A stretch of 64,000 nucleotides of DNA from Macrostomum hystrix (lineage: Eukaryota; Animalia; Platyhelminthes): positions 7,688,001 to 7,752,000 of the forward strand of contig CATNEN010000007.1 of assembly GCA_950097015.1 (NCBI GenBank). The letters run 5' to 3'. Positions 56,850-64,000 of the stretch are shown here, piece after piece. Below the pieces are notes generated by a model. It was not told where the DNA came from. It was given only the letters and a program-made list of their open reading frames with translations, and ran no database searches. Position numbers and translations under genes: made by a program. The first letter of the stretch is position 1, and the number at the start of each line of letters is the position of its first letter.

Positions 56850-58258
56850 AAGTCTGAGATCTGAGATAGTCAGTCTGGGATCTGGGATCTGAGATAGTCA
56901 GTCTGGGATCTGGAATGGTCAGTCTGGGATCTGAGATAGTTAGTCTGGGATCTGAGATAGTCAGTCTGGGATCTGGGATCTGGAATGGTCAGTCTGGGAT
57001 CTGAGATAGTCAGTCTGGGATCTGGGATCTGAGATAGTCAGTCTGGAATCTGAGATAGTCAGTCTGGGATCTGGGATGGTCAGTCTGGGATCTGGGATGG
57101 TCAGTCTGGGATCTGGGATGGTCAGTCTGGGATCTGAGATAGTCAGTCTGGGATCTGGGATCTGAGATAGTCAGTCTGGGATCTGAGATAGTCAGTCTGG
57201 GATCTGGGATGGTCAGTCTGGGATCTGGGATGGTCAGTCTGGGATCTGGGATGGTCAGTCTGGGATCTGGAATGGTCAGTCTCGGATCTTGGATGGTCAG
57301 TCTGGGATCTGGGATGGTCAGTCTGGGATCTGGGATGGTCAGTCTGGGATCTGAGATAGTCAGTCTGGGATCTGGGATGGTCAGTCTGGGATCTGAGATA
57401 GTCAGTCTGGGATCTGGGATGGTCAGTCTGGGATCTGGGATGGTCAGTCTGGGATCTGGGATGGTCAGTCTGGGATCTGGAATGGTCAGTCTCGGATCTT
57501 GGATGGTCAGTCTGGGATCTGGGATGGTCAGTCTGGGATCTGGGATGGTCAGTCTGGGATCTGAGATAGTCAGTCTGGGATCTGGGATCTGAGATAGTCA
57601 GTCTGGGATCTGAGATAGTCAGTCTGGGATCTGGGATGGTCAGTCTGGGATCTGGGATGGTCAGTCTGGGATCTGGGATGGTCAGTCTGGGATCTGGAAT
57701 GGTCAGTCTCGGATCTTGGATGGTCAGTCTGGGATCTGGGATGGTCAGTCTGGGATCTGAGATAATCAGTATGGGATCTGGGATGGTCAGTCTGGGATCT
57801 GAGATAATCAGTCTGGGATCTGGGATCTGAGATAGTCAGTCTGGGATCTGAGATAGTCAGTCTGGGATCTGGGATGGTCAGTCTGGGATCTGAGATAATC
57901 AGTCTGGGATCTGGGATAGTCAGTTTGGGATCTGGGATAATCAGTCTGGGATCTGGAATAGTCAGTCTGGGATCTGAGATAATCAGTCTGGGATCTGGGA
58001 TGGTCACTCTGGGATCTAAGATAATCAGACTGGGATCTGGGAAGGTCAGTCTGGGATCTGGGATGGTCAGTCTGGGATCTGAGATAATCAGTCTGGCATC
58101 TGTGATGGTCAGTCTGGCATCTGGGATGGTCAGTCTGGGATCTGAGATAGTCAGTCTGAGATCTGGGATCTGGAATAATCAGTCTGGGATCTGAGATAAT
58201 CAGTGGGATCTGGGATCAGGGATGGTCAGTCTGGGATCTGAGATAGTCAGTCTGAGAA
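56850..58258. repeat. Minisatellite, 21-bp unit GGTCAGTCTGGGATCTGGGAT built from 7-bp subunits
   Basis: About 65 copies; 28-bp variants carry an extra CTGGGAT subunit. Confidence 0.95.
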
Positions 58259-59465
58259 GGGGATCCTGAATCTGGTGTTAATTTCTTAGACTGATGAAAT
58301 ACTATAAGCCAATGTAAATAAATTAGAAGGCTAAGTCAAGGCACAGGCCAGGCGGTTCACAAACAATGCGCGCAGTCGCGCCGCACGCATTAGGGAGCGG
58401 CAAATTCCTAGCAAAAATAGCTTTCATTATTGTTATTACTATTAGGATTATTATTTTCGAATCCCGTTGCGATTGATAAAACCAAAACTGGTTGAAACGA
58501 ACTTCAATTACAACAGAGAAATAGAAAAGGCTAAAAAGGTTGACAGAACAATGGGTTGTATTTTAAGCTGCTTGAGATAAATTAGTTATTTTTTAGTTTC
58601 AGCAGACAGACAACAGACAGACCGAAGTGCACTGGGGCGAGGGTTGCAGTGCAGTTTCACAGGCTGGTAAAATTTGCGGAAAATAAATAATACAGAAACA
58701 GAGGCAATCGACTTCAATGCGCTCGAGATGCGCTCTGGGACCGAGATGAGTATTTTCATTGCAGAGTGGGAACTTTAGAAAAATAGCAATCGGAGCATTT
58801 GTTGCAGGATTCGGGGCAGTGGAAATGCAAAGTTAGCGTATTAATAACCAACTGTGGCTAAACTCAATTCGCACAATCGCTGAGCTATGTGCAAAGCAGA
58901 CTGAAACAATGCACTGCACAGTAATATCCTGACTGCCTTTCAGATCCGGGATAAAAACTGACACTAGAGCCTAATTTAAAAAGGAAACCTTTTAAAAATA
59001 ACGACAAACCCGGAATAACGACAAACCCGGAATAACGACAAACCTGGAAGCATACAACGACGGATGCAAGAAAAATTCCTAAATAGTCCTAAAATAGAAA
59101 TTGAACTAAACATAATATTTTTGCGTAGTCAAGGATATGACCTAACAACAGCCATAGGGAATGTTGCTATGCTAAGTATACATATCAATTTTTAATGAAG
59201 ATAATAATTTTCATAAACCTAACAATATAGTAATTTTTATTGGAGGTTGTGTTATTTCCATTTATTCAGTGCCCAAGAATATCTAAAAGGAACTATTATC
59301 AACTTATAATAGTAGAAATTTTGTTTCAAACCAACAAAATCAGACCCGTTTGTCAGCGCTAAGCACAAGCATACAGTTGGTGCGCACCAGACTACAAGAG
59401 ACAATCAAATGCTGCACATAGCAAAGCCTCAGCCCAATTAAATAGTCTATCGCATACAAATAAGT

Positions 59466-61266
59466 TTAGCCTTCCTTGGCCCTCTTGTTCTCGCTCTCGC
59501 CTTTGCTCTCCAGTGTGGCGGCAGTCTCGACAATATTGTCGGTGGAAACAGCAGCGGAGTCCACTTCGCCATTGCCTTCGGACTCGGCGGGCAGCTTGCG
59601 CTTGCGAGACGCAGCTGCCTGTGCGGTGGCCGCGCTAGCCGAGCGGAAGCAGACCAGCACGGCTGTCATGTTGTCGCAGCCGCTGCCGTCAGACTCCTGC
59701 GCATCCGGCGCCAGGCAGTGATCGAACAGCGCCTCGCACACCTGATCCGGGCTGAGGCCGGCTGATAGGCGCTTCTCACAGAAGTCGACGGCCTCCTGCG
59801 AGGTCATGGAGTTCCAGATGCCATCACAGGCCAGCAGCAGAAAGCGGTGGCTGTCGGCGATGGTTACGCAGCGGACGTCCGGCAGCGGGCTGATAATCTG
59901 TTTGGCTGCGGTGAGCTCGGCGTTCTGCTTGTAGGCGTGGTCACCGATGGCGCGGCTGAGGTTCAGGCCGCCGTTGACGCGACCCTCCTTGGTCACGTGA
60001 CCACCGGCGGCCTCGATGCGGCTGCGCTCTGGCTCGTCTTCGGGCTTGTGGTCGATGCTCATATCGACAGCGACGCCGGCGTCAGAGAGGACGGCCCGAG
60101 AGTCGCCAGCATTGGCGACAAACAGTCGATCGCCAACTAGAAGGGCGACAACGGCGGTGGTGCCGGAGTCCACACCGGGGTCATCGCCAGTGGGCATGAT
60201 CACCTCGTACTCCTCCTCAGACTCCTCATCCTCCTCCGAGTCGGACTCTTCCTCATCTTCGTCTTCTTCTTCGTCATTGTCGTCTTTTTCCTCGGCATCC
60301 TCATCATTTTCATTTTCCTCCTCTTCCTGCTCGTCCTCTTCCTCGGCACCGGGCACATAGTCCTTATCGTCATCATCGGCATCCTCTTTGTCCGCATCGG
60401 CGCCATTATCGTCGGTGGCGGCATCGCCGGCGCCATTATCGTCGTCCACGGCCGAAGTTCCGGCGCCGTCGTCGATAAAGTATTTGTCTTTTGCTGTTGA
60501 TGACGACTCTCGCTCTGTGTTTTCGTTATTTTCGTTCTCGGCGGCCGCAGCATCGGCCTGGGCTCGGGCGCGATCAGCGTCGCCGTCGTCGCCGACTTCA
60601 TCCTTGACTGTGTCGCCATTCTCGCCTGGAAAATGGATAAGAAAACATTCGTTATTCGACCTGGTAAAACAAAAAAACGCTTAATAGTTAAAATAACGTC
60701 TTAGTTTCTCTCGCCGTCTACCAAAAAAATCAATGCGCCACGGGCTTGTGATTCGCACCTTCTTCGTGGCGCCGGCGACGCTGAGCAGCGGCGGCTGCCC
60801 CGATCGTGCGCAGCAGGCGGTCCAGCGGCATTTCGGCCTCCTCGCGCAGGGCGCTGGCCTCCTCGGCCATGGCCTCCTGGTCCGAATCCGAGTCTTCATC
60901 AGTTGCCTTGGACAGGCTCTTAAGTGTGGCGGCAACCTCAGGCTCCAGTAGTTTCGCGTCCAGACCCAAGAAGGCGTCCTTCAGCGCCTGCTCAAAGTCG
61001 CCGCTCTGATAAGTGTCGGTGTCCAGCAGGTACTGGGGCAGGTGCTTGGACAGGTACAGAGCCACCTCAGCGCCACCGTGACCATCGAACACGGCAAACA
61101 GGTGCCTGTCCGGCTGCTTGGAGTCGAATCCGGGGGCGCAGGTGTGCGCGTCCTCCTGGCTAGTGCGCCAGCCTTGCATTGTTGAGTGGCCATAGACGAT
61201 GCCATCTGTGAGCTGGCTGCAGCCGGACACTTTGTCTAGCACAGGTTTGTCAAGGAAGGCGCCCAT
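59466..61266 (-). CDS. PPM1G: Protein phosphatase 1G (PP2C-gamma), ~555 aa, 2 exons
   Basis: Exons 61266-60759 and 60625-59466 (phase 1). Motifs: MGAFL.KP, MQGWR.SQEDAH, FAVFDGHGGAEVA, a large internal acidic insert, SGTTA, VANAGDSRAV, DHKP, GRVNGGLNLSRAIGDH.YK, LACDGIW, G.GCDNMT, and a basic C-terminal KRK. Confidence 0.95.
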
Positions 61267-64000
61267 GCTGGCTGTAGATTTGATTCTGGGTTATATCATT
61301 TATTGATACTTCAGTAATTTCAGCAATATGAATTGTCTAATTTCAGCAGTTTCTGTGCACAAATCACATGATTTAATAGATTGTACAAGAAGCTAAGGGA
61401 AATTGCTTCAAGATTTTACTTACAGCAGAACTCTATAAATACATATAGGAGCTTTTATTCCAAAAATATAACCTTTTGCATTAATGATTCAGCTTGAGAA
61501 AAACTGTTGTACATTATTGTAAACATATGTACTTGGTTAAGTGAAAATTACAACTTTTGCATAGACAGCTAATTTATGTATATTTAAGATATACTTCTGG
61601 TAAAAGCAAAAAACTATAACAATAGACATAGAGATTTTGAGAGCTTGACAAACAAGTCTCTGTAGAGATTGAAAGACAAATCACTATAGATCTTGACAGA
61701 GACATAGAGTGTCAAATTTTAGATAAGAGACAGGTTTAATTGGAATTTTAACTTTTACTGGACTTAAAAAACTATTTCTAAAAATGTCAGCACTACTTAA
61801 AGTCTACTTCTCTAGTGTTACATAAGGCAAATATATTTAACACAACAGCTCCTACATGACAACTGAGCTCTTTTTACCAGATGCATTATTGAAATTTTGT
61901 AAGCCTGCCAGTGTACACTCTATGATCTTGTCATGACAATAGTTTGCTACAATGCCACATTGTTCTTATGTGGTTTTTCTTATATTTCTTTACATTTGCA
62001 TCCATATTTAACTTTTCTACATGGGATTTATTGTTTTTATTTTAAAGTTGCTTATATTGTGAATATGCTTATAAATCATGGCTTGCATGATTGTTATTTG
62101 TAATAATAATATATAATACTTTATATATGCTAAATGAAGTTACTATGCTATGAACATTTCATTATATCAAAATAACTGCTACACAAATATGAATTCTCTA
62201 GTTCACACTTGCTTATTTGTTTTCCTTTCACTTTAGCTGTCATTCCAGTTTTTACTTAATTATGAAGATTTTTAATAACTTTTTTGTTTTGTGTCTTACC
62301 TATTGTTTCTGTTTGAATAGGTTTTCTATTAGCCTTTGTTTTTCTGTCCTAAGTATACTAACAACTTGTAGGCACTTCTGTGATACTTGCCTCAGTATGG
62401 GTTTCAATCTTAGATGACATATTATGAATTATGTTTGTTCCTATTCATGAAACACAGAAGTGGATAAAAGCAAATATTAAGATATGAGAATACAAAAGGC
62501 TGTTTTGTGGTAGATAGCTATAAATAACATAGCTAGTAAAAAAGTTTACCATCATAATGTAATGCCAATAGATTTGTTGAATATTATACACATAAATGCA
62601 TATAATAGGCCTAGCATGGAATTAGCCATCTAATTGAAGCAAGCTGCTATGCATATAAGCTGTTCAATAAATGGCAGAGAATTATGTAGATGATTGCTGG
62701 CATATGACTATCGCCTATCAGGACAAGCAGTTGCTACTGCTACTGTCAATAAACAGTAATTAGGCTAGTGTTGTTGGACCAAGACTGCTGCAGCTGGGGT
62801 ACTTATAAAAACACATATGCCTAAATTTAAAAGCTCCAGGTAAGGAACAAAATAGGTAGGTGTACAATGAGTTGACGACTAGGCCCAGACAAGATAGCAG
62901 GTAAAGTTTTAAGTTGATTAGAAAACCTGAAGTATTCAATAGTTCTTGTTGTAGGCCTCAATGGGGGATGACATTGTACATTTGTTAACTTGTTAATAAA
63001 CATGAAATTTGACGTCATATTGATATACGATAAAGGCTTACACCTTTTCGTCCCCCGCTAAAAGGCTGCAGTAATCTGATCATATATGACCAAATTTCGT
63101 TCTTAATAGCTTGTAACTTTATTTATGGGTAAATAGGCTCCAAAAAGTGGTTATGAGAAGAAGCACAACGCAGAGACTAAAATTTTCTATAAGATTTGTA
63201 AAACTTTTATATTAGTTTAGTTTGGTTAGTTGTTTTGCGCGCATTATTTCTATCCGATAAGAACAAATAAAAAAAAATTTATTGTAGAGACAACAATGCT
63301 ATTAGTTAAAATTATCGAATGAAATTATTTACAAGTTCAGAAGATAAAAAATTCTAGTTTAGCACTTTTTAAACTTTTTGATTTTTCGTTGTATTCAGAC
63401 ATTCAATAATTAGAAAAGTGGAATTCGGTACCGCGGCAAAACCGTGGATTGTTCGTCGTAGTTCCACGAGTTTTCCCTAACTTCAGACTAAAAAATGATA
63501 AAAAATCTGCTTCTTGTTCCTTGTTCATGCAGGCAAGTAAAATTGCTACCAAAAACAAAGTTTAGTTTAGTTTACACCTCTTTAAGTAATATACAAACAA
63601 GGTACAATTATCGAATTCAATGGACTATATCTCTGTCTTCTGATTAGTAAGTATAAAACACAGTAGCCATGCAGTACATTGTTTCCATATATGAATCAAA
63701 ACATCTTTATAGTTTGTGTAGGTATTGGAAGAAACTATAGCGCAATAATTTATAGCGCAATAATGATTTACATATTAATTATTGTTATATATTGAGCTCC
63801 AATAAAAATGCCATGAAGAAAAGTTTACTAGACAAAAATATAAAATATTTATATATTTTAAAGTTGCTATTAGTTAATCCAATTGAATGGTTTTAGTCCC
63901 TAATGGTATCAGTTTTTATAATAAATTTTGTATTGCTTTATTCCACCAGCATTTTTAAAACATTTACTATATATAATAAGTATTTTAATAAACATCGTTT

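Noticed and set aside
57209-58194. MVSLGSG-repeat ORFs
   Set aside because: Artefact of the 21-bp minisatellite.
1298-58258. CRISPR-like arrays (28-35-bp repeats, some with hairpins)
   Set aside because: The units are directly head-to-tail with no unique spacers, there are no cas genes, and the context is eukaryotic.
61300-64000. AT-rich terminal region with short ORFs
   Set aside because: No coding-like composition or identifiable element; treated as intergenic or PPM1G upstream sequence.

Overview
Gene-dense, intron-containing animal genomic DNA. It has GC-rich exons, AT-rich spacers and about 22 unrelated minisatellite arrays covering roughly a fifth of the window. The style suggests a free-living flatworm such as Macrostomum; this is inference, not verified. 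Genes were assembled by hand from splice signals and family motifs. In order: the 3' end of a PHD-finger ORF (+); an unrecognised two-exon 151-aa gene (+); a short ORD-only oxysterol-binding-protein-related gene (+, 7 exons); PIGW/GWT1 (-), with no visible genomic start codon; NADH-cytochrome b5 reductase (-); a divergent bestrophin (-); a 21-exon phospholipase C beta-4/norpA/egl-8 gene (+) with a GC-AG intron and a candidate cassette exon; an unrecognised degenerate EF-hand protein ending in a CaaX box (-); a Tc1/IS630-type DNA transposon with a stop-interrupted transposase; a frameshifted, truncated Di-Ras copy; and PPM1G (-). There is also a tRNA-derived CORE-like SINE family and probable Helitron termini. 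Most interesting observations: (i) PIGW may take its initiator AUG from a spliced leader, possibly as the downstream gene of a CYB5R-PIGW operon; (ii) several introns look like minimal introns inflated by private tandem arrays; (iii) a predicted prenylated pseudo-calmodulin; (iv) a bestrophin with a degenerate Ca2+ clasp.
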